DNA of 64,000 nucleotides from a bacterium (GTDB lineage Bacteria; RBG-13-61-14; DATKZS01): NCBI GenBank assembly GCA_963674965.2, contig CAXXFL010000001.1, positions 1,344,001 to 1,408,000 of the forward strand, read 5' to 3'. Shown piece by piece: positions 1 to 8,929 of this stretch (position 1 is its first letter; each line of letters starts with the position of its first letter). The notes under the pieces were generated by a model. It saw only the letters and a program-made list of their open reading frames with translations, ran no database searches and was not told where the DNA came from. The position numbers and the translations under genes were made by a program.

Positions 1-121
1 GGCGGGGGTTCTTGGTCGCGACGTAGGCCCCGCCCATGCTGAGGTTCCAGATATTCTTACTGGTGGCTATCCTGACGCGCTCGAAGGTCCTTTTATTTCT
101 TCCCGTGTCTTCAGAGCTCAT
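1..121 (-). CDS. PilZ-domain protein, 5' part (runs off the window edge)
   Basis: Manual translation from ATG at 121: MSSEDTGRNKRTFERVRIATSKNIWNLSMGGAYVATKNPR. Contains the RxxxR and (D/N)xSxGG PilZ motifs. Not in the ORF track. Confidence 0.7.
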   Translation of the reverse strand, partial: MSSEDTGRNKRTFERVRIATSKNIWNLSMGGAYVATKNPR

Positions 122-253
122 TTTCGTCTCCGTGTCGGCTCCGTTCGATGCATGATGTTTATTGACTCGCCTTGAACCTTCCAGCGTTCGATGAGCTTGA
201 GGTCCTAAACAACCAACGCGCCCGCCTGATAATTATCGAGCAACGGCCGCTCT

Positions 254-991
254 TCACTCCTTGAGCAGTTCCTGAATCATCTGATCTTCCATAATGTACC
301 TTAGCTGGTCCTCCATCAGGTCTCCAACGTTGGCCCGCTCGTTATATTCCTCGGTTTCCGGCGCGCTCCTTTTTCTTCCCGCCTGGCCCTCGAGTATCTC
401 GACCAGCATTTTAAGGTCGGCTATTTCCTGTTCCTTTTCCTGGATAAGGACCTCGAGTTCTCCGATGCGGTCCTCTTTTTCCATGATGGTCCGGTCGCGC
501 TCGGCCAGGCCCTCGCTCGAGGCCTGGGCGAAGCGTTCCTTTTCGTAGACCACTTCCTCGTGCATCATCATGAAGGTATTGAGCGACCTCTCTACCAGGG
601 AGATGGCGCGCTCGGCCTGGACCGCCAGCCGCTCGGGAGGACTGAGCGAGGCCACCAGCGGCGCCCGCGCCTGGACCTCGTCCAAGTCGGATTCATCATC
701 CATCGCCCCGTCGTCTGAGTCGGCTTCCTTTTCTTCGACGGAGAGATATCCCGTTCTTTGCGCCTCTGTCTCGAACTCGTCATCGGAAAGGGGTATCTCT
801 ATCTCCACCTCGGGAGAAGCCTCGCCGGCCCCGATCGAGTCGGGGTCTTCAACCCAAACGTACTCCTCGCCGCCCACCAATTTGGACTCCAGCTCACCGG
901 CTTTCAAGCTTTCCTCGACGGCCGCCAGATCGGCCCCAATGGCGTCGGCGTACAATGCTTTGGCGATCCACTTGCCACACTGACCGGTCAT
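254..991 (-). CDS. Hypothetical acidic protein with C-terminal coiled coil
   Basis: 245-aa ORF with an acidic linker and heptad-like C-terminus (ERDRTIMEKEDRIGELEVLIQEKEQEIADLK). GGGGGAA upstream of the ATG. Confidence 0.75.
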   Translation of the reverse strand: MTGQCGKWIAKALYADAIGADLAAVEESLKAGELESKLVGGEEYVWVEDPDSIGAGEASPEVEIEIPLSDDEFETEAQRTGYLSVEEKEADSDDGAMDDESDLDEVQARAPLVASLSPPERLAVQAERAISLVERSLNTFMMMHEEVVYEKERFAQASSEGLAERDRTIMEKEDRIGELEVLIQEKEQEIADLKMLVEILEGQAGRKRSAPETEEYNERANVGDLMEDQLRYIMEDQMIQELLKE

Positions 992-1154
992 ATATCCATT
1001 CCCCCCTTCATCGGGATAGCCCGTCCCTCCATATGATACCTTAACCGGGCGCGCAAGGCAAAATTTATTAATAAGTTACGCGCCAAATGAAACCGGACGG
1101 CGAAATATTACTCTAAAACGGAGTGGACTGAATTTTGAAAGGAGTGAGGGCCTA

Positions 1155-2285
1155 TTGAAAGAGTCGCCATCATCGTCTAGCATGGACTGGATGAAAAAAA
1201 GCAAAAATGGCCGCCCCGACCGCTCGGAAGAGGCGGATCTCGAGGAAGATCGTATCGAGGAAGACTCCGATGAAGACACGAGCGACTCGGGAGAAGACTA
1301 CGCCGAGGCGACGATCGAGACCGACGAGGTCGGGGAAGATGCCCCCGATGACGACGAGGCCGACGAGGAAGTGGAGAAGAAGATCACCGCCCTGGCCCCC
1401 ACCTCTGCCGGGGGCATGGAGCGGCTCACCACCCTTCAGCGCTATCTGGCCGAGGTACGTAGACATCCCGTCCTGACCAGGGAGGAGGAGCACGAACTGG
1501 CCGTGATGTACCACGAGGAGGGCGAAGTCAAGGCGGCCAAAACCCTGGTAAATTCCAACCTTCGTCTCGTGGTCAAGATAGCCCTCGAATACTACCGCCA
1601 GTGGATGGACCTTTTGGACCTGATCCAGGAGGGCAACCTCGGTCTTATGCAGGCCATAAAAAAATTCGACCCCTACCGGGGCATCCGCCTCTCGACCTAC
1701 TCCAGCTTCTGGATTCGGGCCTACATCCTCAAACACCTGATGGACAACTGGAGACTGGTCAAGATCGGTACCACCCAGGCCCAGCGCAAGCTTTTCTTCA
1801 ACCTGAAAAAGGAAAGGGACCGCCTCGAGCAGATCGGTTTCAAGCCCGGACCCAAGATGCTGGCCAAAAGCCTGAACGTGAAGGAAAGCGAGGTCATCGA
1901 GATGGACCAGCGTCTTTCGGGCCGGGACGAGAGCCTTGACGTTCCGGTCACGGAGGACGGCAAGCAGACCCGGTCCATGGTCTTGTCAGACGAGGCCCCC
2001 GGCGTGGACGACGTTTTGGCCGAGGACGAGTTCACCCGAATAATAAAAAGGAAACTCGAGAGCTTTCGCAGGACCCTCGAGGAGGAGGGCAAGGACAAGG
2101 AAACCTTTATCTTCGACCAGCGGCTGCTTTCCGAATCGCCCATGACACTCCAGGAGGTGGGCGAGCGTTTCGGGGTCTCCCGCGAGAGGGTCCGCCAGAT
2201 TGAGGCCAGGCTGATCAAAAACCTGAAGGAATTCCTGAAGTCCGAGCTGCCCGACTTCGAGGACTACGAGTTCGTGTTAAAATAA
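1155..2285 (+). CDS. rpoH: RNA polymerase sigma-32 (RpoH) family factor with acidic N-terminal extension
   Basis: Region 2 (DLIQEGNLGLMQAIKKFDP), RpoH box (TTQAQRKLFFNL), region 4 HTH (TLQEVGERFGVSRERVRQIE). True start may be ATG 1182 or 1191. Confidence 0.9.
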   Translation: MKESPSSSSMDWMKKSKNGRPDRSEEADLEEDRIEEDSDEDTSDSGEDYAEATIETDEVGEDAPDDDEADEEVEKKITALAPTSAGGMERLTTLQRYLAEVRRHPVLTREEEHELAVMYHEEGEVKAAKTLVNSNLRLVVKIALEYYRQWMDLLDLIQEGNLGLMQAIKKFDPYRGIRLSTYSSFWIRAYILKHLMDNWRLVKIGTTQAQRKLFFNLKKERDRLEQIGFKPGPKMLAKSLNVKESEVIEMDQRLSGRDESLDVPVTEDGKQTRSMVLSDEAPGVDDVLAEDEFTRIIKRKLESFRRTLEEEGKDKETFIFDQRLLSESPMTLQEVGERFGVSRERVRQIEARLIKNLKEFLKSELPDFEDYEFVLK

Positions 2286-2700
2286 GAATCGGGTAACCAG
2301 CGGACGGGCAGCCAATTATGCCTAGCCCATATCCGACGTGGTCGAGTATGGTGGGTGGGCCAAACGGTTTTGCAAGAAACCGTGTGGCTCTAGCGAAGCG
2401 AGACGGGTATACCGTTATTAGCTTCTCACGGTTCTTTTAAAAATCAATTTGAGCTTTTCGCATACAGGTTAAGCCGAAAGCTTCAAAATGCCTCGAAGCG
2501 CTAAGCCCGTTCTCAACGCTCGGTACGATAATTGAGGATTCCTCCTTACTCAGGTAGTTTGTTTTAAACATTTTAAGGTTTAGGGTCGAGTATTAATGCC
2601 ATCCAAGCTGACATGCTCCCCGCCGCCGTTCTCATATACTATTGTTCCACACTAAATACGAGATAAGGATGCCGTCCCTTTCCCCAGAATTGAAGGTCGG

Positions 2701-3102
2701 ATGAACGAGATTGAAAGCATGGAGCAAGACGCGGTCGACAATGGCGTCCGGCTGAAAATTACGCGTTACTGGTGGGTCGTCCTGATCAACCTGATTTTCC
2801 CGTTTTTTTTATCACGCGTCCTGGGTATCCTCTTTTTACTCGTTTGTCATTTTTCCGGGGTGGGTCGGCATGGGAAGGAGGACGCGCCACTCATGAGTTT
2901 CTGGGGCATCGGGGGCGCGGTGGTGATAACAAGCGCGTCCATGCCCTTGATAGGCGTCCTTATAAATTCGATTTTGTTAAAATTATCCGAGTCGTCCGAC
3001 CCGCTAAGTAGCTATAGCCGGGGTTTTATGGGCGCGATTATCGTTTGGATAGTCATTCCCGCGTTCTATATCGGCCGGTTTCTAATATATGCTTATTTAT
3101 AG
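2701..3102 (+). CDS. Hypothetical membrane protein (about 3-4 TM segments)
   Basis: 133-aa hydrophobic ORF preceded by GAAGG; lower GC than the flanking host genes. Confidence 0.6.
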   Translation: MNEIESMEQDAVDNGVRLKITRYWWVVLINLIFPFFLSRVLGILFLLVCHFSGVGRHGKEDAPLMSFWGIGGAVVITSASMPLIGVLINSILLKLSESSDPLSSYSRGFMGAIIVWIVIPAFYIGRFLIYAYL

Positions 3103-3146
3103 GGATACCCTCGCGCGTGCATTGACACTCTCTTTGGTTGGACGGG

Positions 3147-3298
3147 TGACCATGAATATTTACGGGAAGACTCGCCAGAGAAGGCGCTCGGAACTGGCGA
3201 ACCGGCTGGGCGACAGCCTTTTGATCGAACCCGATCCCCCCACAATCCCTCAACGGATTGCTATCGGCGATAAAAACGCAACAAATTCAGATAATTAT
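3147..3298 (+). pseudogene. 3' remnant of a related tyrosine integrase gene, inverted relative to the intact one
   Basis: Reads TMNIYGKTRQRRRSELANRLGDSLLIEPDPPTIPQRIAIG. Collinear and gapless with the intact Int C-terminus TMNVYGKTRRKRRSELTDRVGDALLNGPDTGTIPERKAVG, including the catalytic Tyr. No upstream integrase sequence seen. Confidence 0.85.
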
Positions 3299-4554
3299 AT
3301 GGTGGAGCCGAAGGGAGTCGAACCCTCGGCCTTGCTACCGTAACCACTTGATATATCTATATTTACCATCCCAACGGCTTTCCGTTCCGGGATTGTTCCG
3401 GTATCCGGCCCGTTAAGCAGGGCGTCGCCGACGCGGTCGGTAAGCTCCGAGCGCCTTTTACGGCGGGTCTTTCCGTACACGTTCATGGTCAAGTTGGGCG
3501 TCGAATGCCGCGCAAGCTCTTGGGCCTCTTTGACGTTCGCTCCCTCCTCGATTATGAAGGTTATATACGCCACCCGGCAAGCGTGAAAGTCTATCTTGCC
3601 CTCGGGCGTCCACTTGGGTATTCCGGCCTTTTTCAAGTCGTAATCCATCCGCCGGGTTAAATGGGAAGGAATCCTCAATAGCGGCTCGTCCGGTCCCTTG
3701 TCCCTTACCGATTCAATGAGGGCGTCCATAACGGACCGGGGAACGGGCTGAATGCCGGGTTTCCTGTTCTTGGTTATATCGGCCCTAAGATTTATGCCGC
3801 AAAAGTCCTCGTTCAGGTCGGATACCGTGAGCGCCCTAAGCTCTCCGGCCCTAAGCCCGGTCGTGAGGGCGACGGCGTACAGGAGACGCCTGTATTCGGG
3901 AGCGGCTTTCAATAGTCTTTGAATCTCATCACGCGTCATGGCCCGCCGCGTGGTCCGGGGCGTCGCGTCGAACGAGTCCAGGTCTTTAAGCGGCTCGGTA
4001 TCGAGGTATCCGCGAGACACGGCCCAGCGGGTAAAACCTTTAAGCGCCTCGGAATAGTTCATGAGCGTTTTTCCCGTCCGGCCCTTTTCCTGAAGCTCCC
4101 GCAAAGCGGTTTCGGCTTTCGTCAGTATCCCGTCCAGGTCCGCCAGCGTTTCCAAGCCGAGCCGGTCACGCCACCACTTAAGCCGGGAGCGCTTCAATCC
4201 GGCGTGTACCTTACTCCAAGGACGCCCGCCGCGTCCGCCTTGAGACTCTCCCCATTCGCAATATTCGGCCATGACTTCCTTGACCGGGCGCGACGCGTGC
4301 TTGCTCGCGCTCGTTGGCGGGGGCCGGTATCCTTTCCTTATCTCGTCTTGTTCGGCCTGGACGCGGGCGGCCAGCTTTTCCGTCTCGCGTCTAGTGGTCC
4401 CGCCCGTCCCGTTTTTCCGCCGTCCTTGCCAGTCAACATACTCGAAACGCCAGCGGTCGTGATAAACCTTGTTCCCTTTCGAGTCCAGGACGGGGACGCG
4501 CTTTCCGGTTTCCGGGTCGGTCTTGGTTTTCTCGGTTTGATAGACGTATGGCAT
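3295..4554 (-). CDS. int: Site-specific tyrosine recombinase/integrase
   Basis: Catalytic motifs TGLRAGEL (R), KNRK (K), FHACR (HxxR), RHS (H), NVYGK (Y). ATG 4554 has a GGGAG RBS; TTG 4611 is an alternative start. The frame runs through the att repeat to a stop at 3295. Confidence 0.95.
   Translation of the reverse strand: MPYVYQTEKTKTDPETGKRVPVLDSKGNKVYHDRWRFEYVDWQGRRKNGTGGTTRRETEKLAARVQAEQDEIRKGYRPPPTSASKHASRPVKEVMAEYCEWGESQGGRGGRPWSKVHAGLKRSRLKWWRDRLGLETLADLDGILTKAETALRELQEKGRTGKTLMNYSEALKGFTRWAVSRGYLDTEPLKDLDSFDATPRTTRRAMTRDEIQRLLKAAPEYRRLLYAVALTTGLRAGELRALTVSDLNEDFCGINLRADITKNRKPGIQPVPRSVMDALIESVRDKGPDEPLLRIPSHLTRRMDYDLKKAGIPKWTPEGKIDFHACRVAYITFIIEEGANVKEAQELARHSTPNLTMNVYGKTRRKRRSELTDRVGDALLNGPDTGTIPERKAVGMVNIDISSGYGSKAEGSTPFGSTI
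3299..3332 (-). repeat. att site: 34-bp duplication of the tRNA-Ala 3' end
   Basis: atggtggagccgaagggagtcgaaccctcggcct is identical to 9701-9734. Confidence 0.97.
3382..3401 (+). repeat. Putative integrase arm-type site (copy 1)
   Basis: ccgttccgggattgttccgg is identical to 9522-9541 and built from tandem gttccgggatt-like 11-mers near each att end. Confidence 0.65.
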
Positions 4555-4607
4555 TTTTTCTCCCTTGGCCAGTATTGCCCTTATGATATTTTCGCGCCGC
4601 GCAAAGG

Positions 4608-4943
4608 TCAAGTACCATATCGCTTTATCCGGTCAACTTGACGGGACGCCTCTTTTTCTACGCTCTCGGCCCGGCCCTCGATCCAGTCAAGCACGCGCCC
4701 TGCAAACCACTGGGACTTGCCCGCGACCCTCACGGGCGGGGGGAGGTCGTAACGTTTGACCATTCGCCGGATCGTTTTCGGGCAAACCCCAAACGCCTTG
4801 GACATGGCCGAAATATCGAGTAACGTCCGCTCGGGCAATTCGCCCAATAAGGCAATGACGCCCGCGCCCGGATCGTGATAGCTCGCCCGGCCAGTCTCGC
4901 CCTGGCCGCTCTCGGCATGGTTGAAAAAGTCGTCAAGATTCAT
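4608..4943 (-). CDS. AlpA/excisionase-like HTH DNA-binding protein
   Basis: LLDISAMSKAFGVCPKTIRRMVKRYDLPPPVRVAGKSQWF matches the AlpA/Xis winged-helix pattern; lies directly upstream of int. Confidence 0.8.
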   Translation of the reverse strand: MNLDDFFNHAESGQGETGRASYHDPGAGVIALLGELPERTLLDISAMSKAFGVCPKTIRRMVKRYDLPPPVRVAGKSQWFAGRVLDWIEGRAESVEKEASRQVDRIKRYGT

Positions 4944-5042
4944 TCAAACCCCCTCCCCCGAAAACCCGTGCGCGATTTTGATTAGCTGGGGCGAGCATAT
5001 AGGGAGAATCGCAGTTGGCAAATTCCGAAGCCCCTCCCCGGT

Positions 5043-7136
5043 TCAACATTTTGCACCAGATATCCTATAAGTTTTTTCTATTTCATCCAGGGCGAATGTT
5101 TCCGCCTCTTCGCGTTTCATGCCGCCGTCCTCAAGTATCGCGGCCCTTTCCGCCACGTCCACCGGGTCAAGCCCACTTGCTTTAGCCCGTGATGCTAAGT
5201 TCTTCCCCCGCGTGTTTGCGTCCGGGGGGCTTTTCGGCTCGGCCTTTGCCCCCTTGGGCGCGATTATACCCAGTTCTTCAAATGCTGGGCCTTCCATGTT
5301 GAACGCGATCCGCGCCCCGGCCCCGTCGCCGTTGCGGGCCTTGTCCACTATTAACGTCCGGTTATGAGAAACCTGTTGACGGCATCCGCCCGAACGCCAA
5401 ACATCCGAGTCTTGCCGGTCGTGGGCGTCAAGTAAGATGATAGTGTGCGAAACTCTTTTTAATTCCGCCGCGCCCTGCAAATCTTCTCCCGACAACGGAA
5501 GGGCTTTGATTTTCCCGCCGCGCTTAACCGTGTGAGCGACCAGGACCACGGACGCCCCGGCTTGAGCGACCATCCCCACAAGCCGCCGCATAAAATCTTT
5601 TTCGCCGCGCCATGAATCCCGGTCGCCGAAGTCGATTTGTGTCCAGGGGTCAATGAAAATCACGCGGGCCGATTCAAGCGCCTGTCCGAGCCAGTTAAGG
5701 ACTTTCTCGAAGGGTAGCGCCGGGACGGTATACTTTCCATCCGGGGCTTTGATTGGTAGTCGGGGATTCTCCCACACATGGGGGTTAAGCTCCGCGAGTT
5801 CGTCTTGATGCTCTCTCAATATCCGCGTCCGTTCCTTCGCCGTCTCGCTCTCGGTATTTATCACGGACCAGTCCCCCGACAAGTGCGCGAGCAAACGGCG
5901 CGAGAGTTCAACTTTACGATCTTCGAGGGGAAGAAAAACCCAAGGCACGCCCGCCCGGTGGACGTGGACCGCCGCTTGAAGCGCGAACATACTTTTGCCG
6001 TGTCCGGCGGGTCCGCCTATAACCGTTACCGTCCCCGGTCGAAAGGCGTTCGTAATGCTGGATAGACGCGACCAGGGGAGAGGGATGGTCTGGCGCTCGC
6101 CTCGGGCCTCGGCCTCGAATTCCGCCGCGAGCGCCAGCCCGCCGCCCGGCTTTTGGTCGGACGGAAGCGGGATCGACGCGACGGGCGCTCTAGCCGGTCC
6201 CGGCCTGGACGGCTCGGCTTTGTCTCCCGGGGGTTTCTTGGCGTACCGTCTCGCGTTCGCGAGAATCCGGGAAAGCTCGCCCGGCTTGTACGAGCTATCG
6301 CCTTCAATCGGCGGAGAGTTCGCGGCCCGGTCCCAGTCCGTTAAAATTGCCAGGGCGTCGCCGTCCGCAAGGCCGTAGTCGTTTACCAGGACCGCCGCCA
6401 CCTTGAAAGCTCGGCCCGTCCGGCCCCCTTTGCCGCTCCCCTCGATTTTTTCGACATACCGGCGGGCGCGCTCGATCAATTGCACTCGCTCGGGCGATTG
6501 TGGCGTGCCGTCAAGCCGATTGGGGGAAGGGTCCGAAGGTATATCCCGCTTTTCTTCCGGGCGTGGTACAAGCCGTCTCAGTTCATCGAAGTGGTAGCGC
6601 CGGTCGGGATCGGCGAAAAGCAGTTCACACGCCGCCGCCGGTTTCTTATGGTTCATGAATCCGGGAAGGCGAAGGATTCGGGACGGGTTCTTGACCGATG
6701 GGTCCGACCCGAGCAAGTCGGCCAGGTCGCCGACCAGCGCGGAGAGTTTTCCCGGCTCGGTCCTTTCGGCCAGTCGCCAAAACAGATGCGCCCCGTGTCC
6801 GCTACCGACGGCCATGGTGGGCCTCGGCAAACCCGCCTCGGTCGCGTGCATCCAGGCCGCTCGCGGTTAGATATGGTCGAAGTCCGCCCAAAGAACAAAC
6901 CCGCCCCCGCAATCCGCGTCCGAGCCGCCGTCGGTTTTCAGTCGGGGCAAGACTCCCGCGAAAAGGTTCGCGCCCGCCGCGTTTTCCTGGCCCATGCGTT
7001 CGGCCTGGTCGGCCAAGTCGCCGGATTTTATCCAGGCGCGCCGTCCTTTGTCCGGGGGAAGAGGTCGAATCTCGATCAAGTACTCGGGTGCCCAAACGCA
7101 CGCGGCGTATTGCTCAAGTTGTTCGCGAGTCTCCAT
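5043..7136 (-). pseudogene. RepB-type primase / DnaB-like helicase fusion interrupted by an in-frame TAA at 6867-6869
   Basis: One frame from ATG 7136 (METREQ...) reads WADFDHI*PRAAWMHATEAGLPRPTMAVGSGHGAH. Primase motifs (DFD, SGxGxH, RILRLPG) lie on both sides of the stop. Walker A GPAGHGKS and Walker B IFIDP lie downstream. Confidence 0.85.
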
Positions 7137-7912
7137 TAGCTCACCCCCCGCGCCGCCAGGGCGTCTTCGAGACCCGAAGCCGCGTATCGCTCCGAAGCGG
7201 CCCTGAACCTTTCCTCGGCGGCCAATACCTCGGGGTCTGTCGTTTCGACTTCGGCTTTTGCCTGGTTTCGGATGATTCCGAGCAAGTAAGCCTCGGCCTT
7301 TCCCGACCGGGAGCAATCCTTGTCCAAATAAACTTGAATGCCCGCGATGACGCGCTCGACCGGGTAGCGGGACCAATTTACTAATTGAGCGGCCAGGACT
7401 GAATCCGATACCTTGCCGCCCTTCCGGGTCGATGCCAAGGCGTCGAATGCCTGTTGTATGAGCTCGCATTGTTCTTGCGAATATCGAGAAAGGAGTTCTT
7501 CTTCCGATTTTTCTATACTTTTTCTTTCCGGGTGGTCTAACTCCCCCGGGTCCGGTGTAAGAATCACCACCCCTCCCGGGGTATTTTCACCACGGGTGGT
7601 CTCATCACCAGGGGGTATCTCGCCACCGGTCAAGCGATAGCGATTAATCTTGCCCGGTGTTCGGTCAATGGCAATCACCCCGCGCTTTTCGAGCTTGACC
7701 AATTCCCGCGATACCTCGCGGGCGTCAAGGTTCAAACGCGCCGCTATAGCCGCCCGACTCGGATAAGCATTGCTGTCTTTCGTGTTCATATAGGTCGCCA
7801 GCGTTATCCCGACGGCAAACGTCCGCCAGGATATCGGGTCCGGCCCATAGCGTAATTCAAAAAGCCGTTGAACGGCGGGCAAGTAGATGAACTTCGGGAT
7901 GCTCATGGCCAC
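7136..7912 (-). CDS. Phage-type replication initiator with N-terminal winged HTH
   Basis: AYPSRAAIAARLNLDAREVSRELVKLEKRGVI HTH followed by a Gly/Pro/Thr-rich repeat linker. Its stop overlaps the primase start (TAATG). Confidence 0.75.
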   Translation of the reverse strand: MAMSIPKFIYLPAVQRLFELRYGPDPISWRTFAVGITLATYMNTKDSNAYPSRAAIAARLNLDAREVSRELVKLEKRGVIAIDRTPGKINRYRLTGGEIPPGDETTRGENTPGGVVILTPDPGELDHPERKSIEKSEEELLSRYSQEQCELIQQAFDALASTRKGGKVSDSVLAAQLVNWSRYPVERVIAGIQVYLDKDCSRSGKAEAYLLGIIRNQAKAEVETTDPEVLAAEERFRAASERYAASGLEDALAARGVS

Positions 7913-7915
7913 CGG

Positions 7916-8137
7916 TTATGCAATGTTTCCTGAACATTTTTTTTGGCGGCAAACGGCCCGGTCCCGAAGGAATCCCTCGAAGGCAAGCCGATCAATCCGC
8001 CAGACGGGACGCCCGCCAGCCGGGCCGATGTTCGTCAAACCGGGGATGCTTCCGGCCAAAGCCTTCCGGCGGACCGTGATAATGTGTTGGCCTAATATGC
8101 CCGCTACTTCTTCAAAGGTCAGGAGACGCCCAATCAT
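7916..8137 (-). CDS. Small HTH_17/excisionase-family DNA-binding protein
   Basis: LLTFEEVAGILGQHIITVRRKALAGSIPG...WRI motif; GGAGG RBS. Confidence 0.8.
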   Translation of the reverse strand: MIGRLLTFEEVAGILGQHIITVRRKALAGSIPGLTNIGPAGGRPVWRIDRLAFEGFLRDRAVCRQKKCSGNIA

Positions 8138-8182
8138 AAAATACCTCCGGATACTCTATCGTCTTGTTTGATCATGTAATTG

Positions 8183-8210
8183 AGTATACAACATAAGGCG
8201 ACAGTGTCAA
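8183..8210 (-). promoter_or_regulatory. sigma70-type promoter for the HTH-rep-primase operon
   Basis: Minus strand reads TTGACA-16 nt-TATACT, about 45 nt upstream of the 8137 start. Confidence 0.65.
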
Positions 8211-8338
8211 CCTCTAAACATCTGTTTTCATTATATTTTCTGGTTATTTTTTTATCCCTAAAAATTTAACCAACGTAATTTTTCCGGGATCTTAGAGGGT
8301 CTTTTATTGGTATTTTTAAAGGTGTCGAAGGCGGGGTA

Positions 8339-8929
8339 TTATTCCCATGATTTAATTTTTGATTGTATCTTTTTTAAAAATTCTGGGTCAATTGGGGCTG
8401 GGTTATTTGTCTCAGCGACAATAAATTCACGCCCGCAAGGGTCTATTTCTTGCCATTCTCCATTAGGCATTTTTTTCTTAAGAACATGTTTGGGCCGCTC
8501 TTTTTGTATTCGGTCGATGCTGTTTTTGACTTCCGCTTCGGAAATATTCAATTTCCGTGCGATCCAGGCTCTGCTCTTGCCTTCCTTGTAATATGGATGT
8601 ATTTTATTATCTTTTTCAAGGGCTTTTCGCTGTTTCTTGTTTTGGGGAAGGTTCTGTTTCTTTTTGAGTTCTTTTATTAACGGCATGAACTCGTTATCAA
8701 CCATGGAGTGTAGATTATTCCTAATAACGCCGTCGGATTGCAATATGTCCACGTCAAAGGCCATGTTCAACCATAGAAATATGTCCTCTTTTCTGTGGTA
8801 GTGGTACAAAAAAACGGGTTCGTCAATCATCGGCGTGATCTGTGATTTATTTTTCTGTCCTTCGCTCTTCTTTTCGTCTTTGCCTTTCCTTTGCGCTCGC
8901 GTACGGCTTCCTTTGCCCATCCTCGCCAC
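8339..8929 (-). CDS. AT-rich hypothetical protein with a possible HTH
   Basis: 196-aa Lys-rich ORF; GKSRAWIARKLNISEAEVKNSIDRI resembles an HTH. Start uncertain. Confidence 0.6.
   Translation of the reverse strand: MARMGKGSRTRAQRKGKDEKKSEGQKNKSQITPMIDEPVFLYHYHRKEDIFLWLNMAFDVDILQSDGVIRNNLHSMVDNEFMPLIKELKKKQNLPQNKKQRKALEKDNKIHPYYKEGKSRAWIARKLNISEAEVKNSIDRIQKERPKHVLKKKMPNGEWQEIDPCGREFIVAETNNPAPIDPEFLKKIQSKIKSWE

Noticed and set aside
2355-2400. c-di-GMP-I riboswitch
   Set aside because: A GNRA hairpin is present, but the conserved GACGCAAAGC-like junction and second-stem pattern are missing.
2291-2420. Integron attC site (TAAC...GTTA ends)
   Set aside because: The inner boxes (gacgggc / gacgggt) are direct rather than inverted repeats, so no attC stem forms. 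No integron integrase was seen.
6867-6869. Programmed recoding (Sec/Pyl) of the primase stop
   Set aside because: The codon is TAA, not TGA or TAG, and TAA is used as a normal stop elsewhere in the window.
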